DNA from: Abditibacteriaceae bacterium
Lineage (GTDB): Bacteria > Armatimonadota > Abditibacteriia > Abditibacteriales > Abditibacteriaceae
Length of the DNA stretch: 59,309 nt
Assembly (NCBI GenBank): GCA_031372065.1
Contig: JANMKN010000207.1
Coordinates: forward strand, 1 to 59,309
Direction: 5' to 3'
The first letter of the stretch is position 1. The number at the start of each line of letters is the position of its first letter. Below, piece after piece: positions 39,722-49,926 of this stretch. Under the pieces are notes generated by a model. The model did no database searches and was not told the DNA's origin. It saw only the letters and a program-made list of their open reading frames with translations. A program made the translations under genes and the position numbers.

Positions 39722-42700
39722 ATGATGAATCAGCCATTATTAAATTCGGTTCGCATTGGCGCCCATCGGGGCGGAACTTTTCTGCACAGTAAAGTGAATA
39801 GCCTATGGGCTATTTTATTGACTGTGCTGTGCCTCTTTGGCATGACATTGCCTTCGCAGGCCCAACCCGTTTTCACCATTGGTCCGTCGCCCTCCACGGG
39901 CGGCACCCTAACGGAAGGCACAGGAGGCACGCGGACCTATTTCGTTCGCATCAGGCTCAGTGGTGGCAACAGCGGCCAAACCTACCGCATTTTTTACCAA
40001 GCGCTTGAAGGTTCCATACTTTTTGATCCTCAAAAGCCATCAGCTACCTATGACACCTCTTGCGATGCCTTTTCTCGTCAGGACTTCGATGGCTCAGTGC
40101 AACAGGCAGATTTTGCCGGTGGCGCTCCCAGTTCCCAAGACCTTGGCATCACGGTTTACTCAGACGAATTTGATGAGGGCAATTCTTCGGCTGGTAGCCC
40201 TTATTTCAATCAGGAATATTTTCACGTCAGCTTACTCAGTGCTGCCAATGTGACGCCAGCCGCTAGCCGCGATGGTTCGATACCTCAGGTCGGCACCGAT
40301 CCCAATCCTTCGGTTACTGGTGATAGTGATACGCTGGAATGCATTATCGTTGACGATGACCAACCACCCACCTTGACCGTGCGTCAGATTGCAGATCAAG
40401 GCCCGCAAACCATAACGCGCAGCGACGGATTTACGGATCGCGATTTCCCTGATTCCTTTTTTCCAGAAGGGGCAGCGGGACAGAATAATACGGTGCGCCT
40501 TTATGTGACGGGCACTCAAGTCAGTGGAAAGCAGATTCAATTCCGCTGGCGAACTTTCAGCGGCACAGCGACACAGGATTCGGACTATGCGGGGCAGGAT
40601 AATATCGTCACGATTGCGCCTAATTCTGCTATTTCGCAAACTTTTGATCGCAATGGCGGCGCTTGTGGTGGCGGAACTACTCATGATCCTGCGGTGCAAC
40701 TTACAATTCCGATTATAGGTGATAACGTAGATGAAACCGACGAATCATTCGTGGTGGACTTGCGTGATCCCAACGGCGTGTATCCGTCGAACGCTGGCAT
40801 CACGAGCGCTTCGGCACAAGATGGCACCAGTGGTTTTGCTGTAACGGCAACCATTAAAGACGACGACGCGCCCACTGCAAGTATCAGCGACACCGAGTTG
40901 ACTGAGACAGATGCGGGCACGACAAATGCCACATTTCAAGTGAAGCTTTCTAAAACCAGTCCGCAAGCTGTGCGAGTGGATTATACGACGGACCTGCAAT
41001 TATTTCTGAGCGGGATCCCGAATGGTTCAGCTGTGCCTTATACCGTCAACGGCTTGCCTCCTGATTATCAAACGTCCGTTGGCAAGGTAACTTTTCAGCC
41101 GGGGGAAACCACCAAGTTCATTTCCATTAAAGTCAATGGCGACATAATTCCCGAAGGGGAGAGTAGCGCCAATCGTTTTGAAACATTCCCTGTTGATTTG
41201 TTCATTGGGAATAACGGCTTGCCCTATCAGCCGAATTCGAGTGGAGACTTGAACGATACCTTGGGTGTCAGCTTTACTGATGCGGAGGGCATCGCGCAGA
41301 TTGATGATGATGACCGTCTACCACAGTTGAGTTTTAAAGCGACTGCCAACAATGTAAGCGGCGATGTGGTCGTCAACGAAGGGGATTTAGACCCCAACAG
41401 CGGTCAACCCAAACAGCAAATTGCCAGCTTTGTGGTGATTCTGGACACTCCTTCGGGCTTGCCTGTATCGGTGTCCTACTCAACCAGTGATGGCACGGCG
41501 ATTGATGGTGTTGGTGATAATGTCACTGCAACGAATCCTGCGGATTATCAAGCCACATCATCTACGATTACATTTAATCCGGGTGAAACCCAGCAAGTTG
41601 TTACTCATGTTGAAAACGATCAGTTTGGTAATCCGGTTACGAAAACTGGGGTTGTTGTTTTCGGCGACGTGGTTGATGAAACCGACGAAACATTTTTCGT
41701 CAACTTGTCCAACGCGGTTAATGCCACAGTTTTAGATTCTCAGGCGCAGGCGACCATCAAAGATGATGATGGCCCCTTCGTGACTGTGAATGGCGGAACC
41801 GTCAATAATGTGGTGCAGGATAATGTCAGCGGCCCCGAAGGGGATACAGGCACTTCTCCCTTCAACTTTACCGTTTCCTTATCAGCGCCCAGCCCACAGA
41901 CGATTACGGTGCAACTAAGCACTGCCGATGGCAGTGCTGTTTCGACGGCGCCCAATCCTGATTTTGTGCCTATTACCAATCAAACTCTGACTTTCTTGCC
42001 AGGCGAGACCAGCAAGGTCGTAACAGTCAATGTTAATGGTGACATTGCAGACGAGCGCAATGAAACATTCAGTTTGAATATCATTTCAGTCACCAATGCA
42101 CAAGACCCCAATTTGGTTGGAGGTAACGGCGACTCGCAGGCTATCGGAACCATTGTGGACGATGATCCAACGCCTACAATTGCCATTGCTGACCAAAGTG
42201 TCAACGAAGGTGATAGCGGAAACACAAATCTGACGTTTACGGTTCAGTTATCGGCACCGACTTTCCAAAACGTGAGTTTCAACTACTCCACAGCGAACGG
42301 CACTGCCAAGCTGTCGGATAATGATTATTTGGCCGCCAGCGGTCAGTTGGTCATCACGCCGGGAGCGACGACGCAAAGTTTCACGGTGCCTATCGTAGGA
42401 GACACCACGAAAGAGGCAGACGAAACGTTCTTCGTCAATATCACCAATGTGGTGAATGCAGATGTCAACTCACCTGTGAGTGACACTCAGGCTATTGGCA
42501 CCATTTTGAATGACGACCAGGCCCCGGCAGGATTTACCATCACGCCGACCTCGCTGACAACTACAGAATCAGGCTCATCGGCCACCTTTACGGTGCGCTT
42601 GAATCGTCAGCCAACAGCGGACGTAACGATGCAGTTCACGTCCAGCGACACCAGCGAAGGCTTGGTTTCGGTGGGCAACTCTGCGCCGGCTCCGTTTGTG

Positions 42701-45700
42701 AACCTCACCTTTACGCCGCAGAATTACGCGTTGCCCCAAACTGTGAAAGTAACGGGGCAGGATGATACTCTGGTGGATGGCGACATCGTTTATCTGGTCA
42801 ATTCTGAAAATGCGCAAAGCACTGATGCTTTGTATCAAGGATTGAATCCGGTTGACGTGGCAGTTACCAATACCGACGATGAGGTGCCAGGCTTCCAAGT
42901 TAACCCGACCAGTGTGACAGTTTCTGAAACTGGCACAACGGCTACTTTCACGGTGCGCTTGAATGTCGCGCCAACCTCAAATGTAGTCATTAATCTGAGT
43001 AGCAGTGACACCAGCGAAGGTATCGTGTCTCCTTCATCGTTGACCTTTACACCAGCCAATGGCACACAAACACAACTTGTCACAGTGACGGGCGTGGATG
43101 ATGCTTTGCGCGATGGCGACCAAAACTATACCATCACGTTAAGTCCGGCCACCAGCGCTGATGCTCGTTACAACGGACTTGATCCTCAAGATGTGACGGC
43201 GACAACTACAGACAACGAAACGCCCGGCATTTTGGTGACGCCTTCGTCGGGCTTGCAAACAACAGAGGCGAGTGGCGCGGGTCGCACTGCAACGTTTAAT
43301 ATTCAGTTGACCAGCCCACCCACCTCATCGGTAACTATTGCGTTGAGTTCCAGCGACACAACAGAGGGCACAGTTTCACCTTCTCAAGTGACGTTTGACG
43401 CCAGCAACTTCAGCACCCCCAAAACGGTAACCATTACTGGTGTGGATGATGCCCTGGATGATGGCGATGTGGCTTACACCATTATTACCGCACCTGCTAC
43501 CAGTGCCGACACTGATTACAATAATCTGGATGCGGTTGACGTTTCTGTTACCAACCTTGATAATGAAGTGCCCGGTTTGATTGTGAATCCCACTTCGTTG
43601 ACTGTCAACGAAAATCAAGGCACCAAGACATTCACCGTTCGCTTGGCGACGCAGCCCAGTTCGAATGTAGATGTGCCTGTTAGCAGCGAGCAACCTACAT
43701 TGGCTGACGTTAATCCGGCTACATTGACGTTTACTCCGGCCAATTTCAGCGTGCCTCAGACGGTGACAGTTAGCATCACAGATAACCTGATTGATGATGG
43801 AGATAAGAACTTCAACATCATTCTGGGACAATCCACCAGCACCGATCCGAATTACAATCTGCTGAATACCTTGCTCCCGATTACCATTGTGGACAATGAC
43901 ACAGCAGGTGTTACGGTTGCGCCAGCCACTGGTTTGCGCACTACCGAAGCGGGTGGAACGGCTACGTTCACCATTAAACTGAACAGCCAGCCCACTGGTT
44001 CAGTAACGATTAGTTTGAGCAGCAGCGACACCAGTGAAGGCACAGTCGCTCTGCCCAGCGTGACCTTTGATGCCACTAACTTCAATACGCCGCAGACAGT
44101 CACCGTAACCGGCGTGGACGATGATATTGATGATGGAAACGTTGCTTACAGCATCATCACTTCTCCCGCACAGAGTGGCGATCTTAGTTACAACGGTTTG
44201 AATGCCAACAATGTGGGCGTTACCAACCTTGATAACGACACGGCAGGCATCACGGTGACGCCGACCTCTGGGTTGACCACAGTGGAACGCGGCGCCAGCG
44301 CCACCTTCACTATTGTGCTGAACAGCCAGCCAACAGGCACGGTGTTCATTAACCTGAGTTCAAGTGATGCTTCTGAAGGCGTGCCAAGCACGTCGCGTGT
44401 GGTGTTCTCAACGTCCAATTGGAATGTGCCACAAACTGTAACGGTGCGGCCTGTGGATGAATTTGAGGCCGACGGCAATCAGCCTTACACGATTATCACG
44501 GCGGCAGCGACCAGCACGGATACAGGTTATAACGGTTTGGATGCAGCCGATGTGCAACTGACCAATGTTGATGATGACACGTCAGGCATTTCCGCTGTGC
44601 CTAATAGCTCAACGACGAATGGTGTTCTGGTGACCAGAGAAGATGGTGCCAGAGTTTCTTTCTCGGTCAAGCTATTGAGCCAACCAAATGCAAACGTGGT
44701 GGTGAAAGTTTCTACTTCAGATACCACTGAAGGAGCTGCCAGCCCAGCTTCATTGACCTTTACGTCTTCCAACTGGAATAAAACGCAAGTGGTCTTTGTA
44801 AGTGGTGTGGATGATTCGATTGAAGATGGTCATATCAACTACACCATCAACATGACATCCACCAGCGCTGATGCTGTTTATAATGGTCAATCGGTGCCCG
44901 GTTTTGCGGCCCGCAACTTGGATAACGACGACAAGACGTTGCCCAATGTGGCGATCACCACGCCAACGGATAATCAAGTGTTCCGTTCAATCCGTCAGGT
45001 AGCTGGCACGGCCAGCGATGCCAATGACCCGAACCTGTTCTATGTCAGTGGTGTGATTAAGGTTCAGGTGTCGCTGTTCCGCTTTGACAATCCCAGCACG
45101 CCAGCTAATGAAGCTGGGTATTTCAATTCGAACACGGGCCAATATGAGGCTGCGCAAAATCTGAATACGCAATTGATTGACGCGACTTACAACGCGGCGC
45201 GCAATGCGTGGGTGGCTAACTTGCCTCAGACTGGCCCGAATAGCCTCGCCGAAGGACGCTATCGCCTTACCGCATACGCTACGGATAAGGCAGGCAATCG
45301 CCGTGCTTCAGCAGTAGTCCGGTTTACGGTTGACATGACGGCGCCAGTTGTGACTATTACAACTCCCGCGAACGGGGTTACCTTAGCCACGCTGCCGCAG
45401 GCAAAAGGCACTGCCACCGATGTTGGTGGTAGCGGAGTCAACCGCGTTGAAGTGACTGTCATCCGTCAAGCCAACAATGCTAACGGTCTGCCTGCTGGTT
45501 ATCTGGCTAAAGATGGCTCCTTTACGGCCACCTTCTCTGCGGCGAATAACCGTTTGCCAGCCACGTTGAGTGGTTCTAACTGGACAGTGAACCTGCCGAC
45601 ATTGCCACCTGCGGTTTATTCTATCGTCGCTTATGCATTCGACAATGGTGGCTTAGGTGCGAATCCCGTTTCACATCGGTTTACCATTGCGGGCGGCGAA

Positions 45701-46327
45701 GAGTTCACTGGAAATGCGACTTTCTTGATTTCAGTTCCATACTCGAATGGCACTGGAGTTACCTCTACCACCACGCCGGCGAAGGCGTTTTCGGTGCCAC
45801 CAATTGATCCGACAACGGGTGTGGTGAATTACCGCTTGGAACGTTATGACCCGATTAATCAGAAGTATGTGGCTCTGGGTAATAATTCGACGATTAAACG
45901 TGGTGAGGGCTATGCGCTGACTCCGGTTAATCGTGGAACCCACATCTTGCGTCCGTCTGAAGATTCGACGCGTAAGGGACTTTCCAGCACGGTGCAGGAA
46001 TTCCAGATCACGTTGCGTAATCAGCCGAGTCTGGCGCCTGATGATCCATCGAATGGCTACAACTTGATTGGTGATCCTTTTGATCCAGCTTTGTTTTCCT
46101 CTGCCGAGTGGTTGAACGCTCGCGTTACGGCCAACATTGGTGGGCAAACCTTCACCGGCACGGTTGCCGAGGCGGCAGATCGCAATATCCTTGATCGGCG
46201 TCTCTTCACCTTTGATCCGGCAACGAACGGCTTCTCTCCAGTGACGGGCAACTTACTGCCGTTCCGTGGCTACTTTGCGCGCACCTTCGTGGATGGCGTG
46301 CAAGTCAACCTCAAAGCCGTGCAGTAA
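39722..46327 (+). CDS. Giant Calx-beta surface protein (2201 aa): 6 classical Calx-beta + 7 related repeats + two Ig + shared C-terminal domain
   Basis: Signal ending SQAQ; GDxxDExDETFxVxL...TIxDDD repeats; QTVTVTGVDD repeats; C-terminus homologous to that of the 30721 gene. Confidence 0.9.
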   Translation: MMNQPLLNSVRIGAHRGGTFLHSKVNSLWAILLTVLCLFGMTLPSQAQPVFTIGPSPSTGGTLTEGTGGTRTYFVRIRLSGGNSGQTYRIFYQALEGSILFDPQKPSATYDTSCDAFSRQDFDGSVQQADFAGGAPSSQDLGITVYSDEFDEGNSSAGSPYFNQEYFHVSLLSAANVTPAASRDGSIPQVGTDPNPSVTGDSDTLECIIVDDDQPPTLTVRQIADQGPQTITRSDGFTDRDFPDSFFPEGAAGQNNTVRLYVTGTQVSGKQIQFRWRTFSGTATQDSDYAGQDNIVTIAPNSAISQTFDRNGGACGGGTTHDPAVQLTIPIIGDNVDETDESFVVDLRDPNGVYPSNAGITSASAQDGTSGFAVTATIKDDDAPTASISDTELTETDAGTTNATFQVKLSKTSPQAVRVDYTTDLQLFLSGIPNGSAVPYTVNGLPPDYQTSVGKVTFQPGETTKFISIKVNGDIIPEGESSANRFETFPVDLFIGNNGLPYQPNSSGDLNDTLGVSFTDAEGIAQIDDDDRLPQLSFKATANNVSGDVVVNEGDLDPNSGQPKQQIASFVVILDTPSGLPVSVSYSTSDGTAIDGVGDNVTATNPADYQATSSTITFNPGETQQVVTHVENDQFGNPVTKTGVVVFGDVVDETDETFFVNLSNAVNATVLDSQAQATIKDDDGPFVTVNGGTVNNVVQDNVSGPEGDTGTSPFNFTVSLSAPSPQTITVQLSTADGSAVSTAPNPDFVPITNQTLTFLPGETSKVVTVNVNGDIADERNETFSLNIISVTNAQDPNLVGGNGDSQAIGTIVDDDPTPTIAIADQSVNEGDSGNTNLTFTVQLSAPTFQNVSFNYSTANGTAKLSDNDYLAASGQLVITPGATTQSFTVPIVGDTTKEADETFFVNITNVVNADVNSPVSDTQAIGTILNDDQAPAGFTITPTSLTTTESGSSATFTVRLNRQPTADVTMQFTSSDTSEGLVSVGNSAPAPFVNLTFTPQNYALPQTVKVTGQDDTLVDGDIVYLVNSENAQSTDALYQGLNPVDVAVTNTDDEVPGFQVNPTSVTVSETGTTATFTVRLNVAPTSNVVINLSSSDTSEGIVSPSSLTFTPANGTQTQLVTVTGVDDALRDGDQNYTITLSPATSADARYNGLDPQDVTATTTDNETPGILVTPSSGLQTTEASGAGRTATFNIQLTSPPTSSVTIALSSSDTTEGTVSPSQVTFDASNFSTPKTVTITGVDDALDDGDVAYTIITAPATSADTDYNNLDAVDVSVTNLDNEVPGLIVNPTSLTVNENQGTKTFTVRLATQPSSNVDVPVSSEQPTLADVNPATLTFTPANFSVPQTVTVSITDNLIDDGDKNFNIILGQSTSTDPNYNLLNTLLPITIVDNDTAGVTVAPATGLRTTEAGGTATFTIKLNSQPTGSVTISLSSSDTSEGTVALPSVTFDATNFNTPQTVTVTGVDDDIDDGNVAYSIITSPAQSGDLSYNGLNANNVGVTNLDNDTAGITVTPTSGLTTVERGASATFTIVLNSQPTGTVFINLSSSDASEGVPSTSRVVFSTSNWNVPQTVTVRPVDEFEADGNQPYTIITAAATSTDTGYNGLDAADVQLTNVDDDTSGISAVPNSSTTNGVLVTREDGARVSFSVKLLSQPNANVVVKVSTSDTTEGAASPASLTFTSSNWNKTQVVFVSGVDDSIEDGHINYTINMTSTSADAVYNGQSVPGFAARNLDNDDKTLPNVAITTPTDNQVFRSIRQVAGTASDANDPNLFYVSGVIKVQVSLFRFDNPSTPANEAGYFNSNTGQYEAAQNLNTQLIDATYNAARNAWVANLPQTGPNSLAEGRYRLTAYATDKAGNRRASAVVRFTVDMTAPVVTITTPANGVTLATLPQAKGTATDVGGSGVNRVEVTVIRQANNANGLPAGYLAKDGSFTATFSAANNRLPATLSGSNWTVNLPTLPPAVYSIVAYAFDNGGLGANPVSHRFTIAGGEEFTGNATFLISVPYSNGTGVTSTTTPAKAFSVPPIDPTTGVVNYRLERYDPINQKYVALGNNSTIKRGEGYALTPVNRGTHILRPSEDSTRKGLSSTVQEFQITLRNQPSLAPDDPSNGYNLIGDPFDPALFSSAEWLNARVTANIGGQTFTGTVAEAADRNILDRRLFTFDPATNGFSPVTGNLLPFRGYFARTFVDGVQVNLKAVQ

Positions 46328-46379
46328 GCCGTGAAGTCATTTGTGAAGTGAGACCTGAAGCATCTGCACGATGCTTCAC

Positions 46380-46422
46380 ACCAAAGGCGACCCGAATTAT
46401 CGGGTCGCCTTTGGTGGTTTTT
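46380..46422 (+). terminator. Intrinsic terminator
   Basis: accaaaggcgacccga-atta-tcgggtcgcctttggt then ggttttt. Confidence 0.75.
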
Positions 46423-46506
46423 AAGGACAATTGCTTGCGCCTGAAATCGCTCTAACGAGGTATTTTGCACAGGTGATAAACCAAGTTCTCGTTAAACTGG
46501 GCGGTA

Positions 46507-47094
46507 ATGAAAAATGCAATGACGATCTTTGCGCGCTGGCTGACAATGTTATCGTTGGGCTTGTGGTTGGGTGGAATTATATTTTTAGGGGCTGTGAGCG
46601 CGCCGGGAATTTTCAAGTTTTGTCGCGCGCATGGCGTGGAGGCACTGGCGCCGCAAATCATTGGTGTTTTGGTGGCGCGCTTCGCGCCCGTATCGCTGGT
46701 TTTTGGCGGTCTGGCTTTGCTGGGATACTTGATAGAAGTGATCCTGCGCCCGCCCAGTCGCCAAAACCAAAATCAAGCGCCACATCGGGTTTTATGGTTA
46801 GGGCAGGGCGCAGGCATTACGATGATGCTGGTTGTGGCGCTGTATTTAAATTTTGTCGCGCTACCGCAGCTTTTAAGCGATCAAGAAGCTGTCATCCGTG
46901 AAAGCGCCGCAACTGGCACAACCTTGTCGGTGCGTGGCACGGAAAACAAATCCGCAACGCGTCTGCGCTTTGATGCTTTGCATCAACGGTATTCCCGCTT
47001 GACGATGGGGATTTTCTGGCTTGGCGCGCTGTCCTTTGCGGCTTTCTCTTGGCGTGTTTCGCTACCGGAAGAGTCCGTAAGAATTGTTAAATGA
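46507..47094 (+). CDS. Four-TM membrane protein (DUF4149-like)
   Basis: LWLGGIIFLGAVSAPGIF...FDALHQRYSRL; four hydrophobic segments. Confidence 0.75.
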   Translation: MKNAMTIFARWLTMLSLGLWLGGIIFLGAVSAPGIFKFCRAHGVEALAPQIIGVLVARFAPVSLVFGGLALLGYLIEVILRPPSRQNQNQAPHRVLWLGQGAGITMMLVVALYLNFVALPQLLSDQEAVIRESAATGTTLSVRGTENKSATRLRFDALHQRYSRLTMGIFWLGALSFAAFSWRVSLPEESVRIVK

Positions 47095-47108
47095 TGATGG
47101 GAGAAAAT

Positions 47109-48077
47109 ATGAGTTTAGAACAAGCGACCGGCCTGAGGGCTGTGATCGCGGCGGCAAAATTGTGCCAAGCCGTGCGCAACGTCATGGTGGACAACGGCCC
47201 GACGAAGTTGGACAAGACTGACAAAAGCCCAGTCACTGTCGCCGATTTTGGAGCGCAGGCCGTCGTCTGCAAAATGATCTCCGATCAATTTCCGTCCGAT
47301 GCCGTTGTGGGCGAAGAAGGCAGCGCCGCTTTGCGCGAAGAGAAAAACGTGGCGCATCTGGAAAAAGTAGTAAGCTTTGTCAATCAGCAGATGCCTTGCG
47401 ATGGCGACTCCGTTTGCCAATGGATTGATCGCGGCGCGGGGCAAGCCCAAGGCCGTTATTGGGTTCTTGACCCGATTGATGGCACCAAAGGCTTTTTGCG
47501 CAACGACCAATATGCCGTCGCGCTGGCGCTCATTGAAAATGGGCAGGTGCAGTGGGGCTTTTTAGCTTGTCCGGCGCTGCCCAACGCGCAAACTGCGGGG
47601 TCTATTTTCGTGGCGCAATGCGGCGCGGGCGCGAAAATGTATTCGCTTGAAGGCGATGATTTAGGCAGTATTCGGGTTAGCACGCAAAGCGGTATTGCAG
47701 CGGCGCGTTTGGCCGAAAGCGTGGAATCGGCGCATACTAATCAAGGTTTGGCAGCGCAATTGCGAGAGAATTTGAACATCGGTGCCGAACCCGTGCGCAT
47801 GGATAGTCAGGCCAAATATGCCGCCGTGGCGCGCGGCGATGCCGAAATTTATTTGCGCTCGCCGAATTCCAAAACGCCCGATTACCGCGAAAATATTTGG
47901 GATCATGCGGCAGGTTATTTAGTCGTCGAAGAAGCAGGCGGGCGCGTAACGGATGTGCGCGGTCATCCACTTGATTGGTCGCAAGGCAAGCGATTAGAAA
48001 ATAATATTGGCGTGCTGGCGACCAACGGCCTATTGCATGACGAAGTCGTCAATGCCTTGGCGAAACTGCTCTCGTAA
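47109..48077 (+). CDS. 3'(2'),5'-bisphosphate nucleotidase, HAL2/SAL1-type (inositol monophosphatase superfamily)
   Basis: DKSPVTVADFGAQA, VGEE, WVLDPIDGTKGFLR, DSQAKY, YRENIWDHAAG. Confidence 0.92.
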   Translation: MSLEQATGLRAVIAAAKLCQAVRNVMVDNGPTKLDKTDKSPVTVADFGAQAVVCKMISDQFPSDAVVGEEGSAALREEKNVAHLEKVVSFVNQQMPCDGDSVCQWIDRGAGQAQGRYWVLDPIDGTKGFLRNDQYAVALALIENGQVQWGFLACPALPNAQTAGSIFVAQCGAGAKMYSLEGDDLGSIRVSTQSGIAAARLAESVESAHTNQGLAAQLRENLNIGAEPVRMDSQAKYAAVARGDAEIYLRSPNSKTPDYRENIWDHAAGYLVVEEAGGRVTDVRGHPLDWSQGKRLENNIGVLATNGLLHDEVVNALAKLLS

Positions 48078-48080
48078 AAT

Positions 48081-48117
48081 AAAAAGGCGCGCTCTTCATT
48101 TGAAGAGCGCGCCTTTT
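48081..48117. terminator. Bidirectional terminator between convergent genes
   Basis: aaaaaggcgcgctcttca-tt-tgaagagcgcgcctttt. Confidence 0.85.
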
Positions 48118-48131
48118 GCTTGCGGCAGTTT

Positions 48132-49619
48132 CTAACGACGGGCTCCGACGAAAATGTTCCAGTGTGCGCGGTCAAAAAGATTGGAAACCATCACTTGACG
48201 GCCCCGACCACTGGCATGGACGAATTTGCCGTCGCCCATATAAAGACCGGTGTGGTCAACGCGCGAACCGCTGGCCGAAAAATACAAGCGATCTCCCGCG
48301 CGAAGATTCGCCGGGTCAACGGGCGCTCCAACTCTTGATTGCTCGGCGGCTGTGCGTGGTAAACGCTTGCCAATGGCGCCAAAGGCGTGCTGCACAAGCG
48401 ATGAGCAGTCAATGCCGTTGCGACTGGTGCCGCCGTAAACATAGCGAGTGCCGAGCCATGTCAGCGCTTGTGTTACCGCTGGGCTGTTGCTGGAATAACT
48501 GCCGCTGGACGAGCCTTCGTAATCGTTGTTGGTTACGACTTGGGTGGAAATATCCACTTTAATGTCGGTAATTTTTAAATACTTGGTGGGAATCCAGCCT
48601 GTAGAGCGATCACTCATCAGGATCGCCGACCATATTCCGCTTTGTTTTATAACAGCTAAATCGGTTCCGACAGCGCAGCGATAAAGCGTTACGGCTTCAG
48701 CATCTGGCAAACGGCGAATTGTGCCACCTGTCCGTGCTACTTTGGCGACTTGCGCAAGAGCCGACTGCGGCGAGGCCTGCACTTGCATGGCGCGGGCGCG
48801 TGGCGAAGGCGGCATCGTCGCTGCTGAGGCTTCCTGGCCCGGTTGCACCAAAACTACACTGTTATCCGTAGACATACCGCGTGAGGCCAGCACGTTGCCG
48901 CGTCGTGGTGTGGCCGCGCTTGAGATCGGTGACTGAAAAACCGGATTCGGTTGCGCCAACACGCGTGGCCCCTCGTTCGTTTCTTCTGTTTCCGGCGCGG
49001 TGGATATAATACCTGCCTCTGTAGCCGGATTGTAATTCACGCTGGTAACCGGCACAAGCAGCATGGTTCCAACGGTGGCTTCGCCAGAAATGTAATTGCG
49101 TCGGCGAATTTCTGAGGCGCTGACAGAAGAGCCGGGCTTAGAAAATTTTTGCGCGATGCTTTGAATCGTATCGCCGTTTTGCACCACATAGCGCATTAGT
49201 TGCACAATTGTGCCGCTGGCGGATCTGTTCAACTCAGCCGTCGTGCCCGAAGGCGCGTTGACTGTGGTAGCGCTCGCCATTAATGTTGGCGAGGTAAAGC
49301 TATTCAAAACGGGCAAGGCGGTTTCTGTTTTCGTTTCGGCTTTGGGCACGCTGCTTTTCGGAAAATTGCCCGAAGTATCGGGAATTAAGAGCAGCATCGC
49401 GGGCAAAGGCGTGTTATCGCGCGTGGCGTCGAGTTTGTTGGCGGCGCGAATGGTTTCGGACGACAAATGATAACGCGACGCGATGGCATTCAAGGTTTCG
49501 CCGGGTTCGACGGCATGATACAAATCGGCACGAGCCGGCAAGGTCAGCGGGGAAGAAGCAACGGCCAACAAGGTGGTGGCGGCGAAGACTCCTCCGGTCA
49601 ATGTGCGCTTAAGGGGCAT
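48132..49619 (-). CDS. Peptidoglycan endopeptidase: 2x LysM + SH3-like + NlpC/P60
   Basis: YHAVEPGETLNAIA, YVVQNGDTIQSIA, TGWIPTKY, LGTRYVYGG..GIDCSS, LPRTA, HTGLY, FVHAS. Confidence 0.92.
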   Translation of the reverse strand: MPLKRTLTGGVFAATTLLAVASSPLTLPARADLYHAVEPGETLNAIASRYHLSSETIRAANKLDATRDNTPLPAMLLLIPDTSGNFPKSSVPKAETKTETALPVLNSFTSPTLMASATTVNAPSGTTAELNRSASGTIVQLMRYVVQNGDTIQSIAQKFSKPGSSVSASEIRRRNYISGEATVGTMLLVPVTSVNYNPATEAGIISTAPETEETNEGPRVLAQPNPVFQSPISSAATPRRGNVLASRGMSTDNSVVLVQPGQEASAATMPPSPRARAMQVQASPQSALAQVAKVARTGGTIRRLPDAEAVTLYRCAVGTDLAVIKQSGIWSAILMSDRSTGWIPTKYLKITDIKVDISTQVVTNNDYEGSSSGSYSSNSPAVTQALTWLGTRYVYGGTSRNGIDCSSLVQHAFGAIGKRLPRTAAEQSRVGAPVDPANLRAGDRLYFSASGSRVDHTGLYMGDGKFVHASGRGRQVMVSNLFDRAHWNIFVGARR

Positions 49620-49676
49620 GAATTCTCCTCAAAATAGCGATTGCAATGGAACAGCAACGCGCAGTAGGCCGGGGAA

Positions 49677-49746
49677 GGACGATTAGTGGGTTTTGAGTTG
49701 ATTTTTATCAACTCAAAACTAACGACTCAAAACTAACTAATCGTCC
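49677..49746. repeat. Hairpin with duplicated 14-bp arm in the leader of the NlpC/P60 gene
   Basis: ggacgattag..gttttgagttgat / atcaactcaaaact aacgactcaaaact aactaatcgtcc. Confidence 0.65.
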
Positions 49747-49761
49747 AGCAAATTTCTCTCA

Positions 49762-49791
49762 ATTTTACCACCGTTATGCCTCAACGGTCAA
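49762..49791 (-). promoter_or_regulatory. sigma70-type promoter for the NlpC/P60 gene
   Basis: Minus strand TTGACC-18 bp-TAAAAT with TG extension. Confidence 0.5.
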
Positions 49792-49926
49792 TCGTTTTGC
49801 CTGAAAAAGTGGCTTGGGAGCGAAAAATTCGTCGTAAAATGCAAGGCGCGAGCCAATTTCGGCTGTCAGGTCTAAGATTTTTTGCCATAATTTGCTGAGA
49901 GATTCCCAAGGAGACAAGAACTTTTC

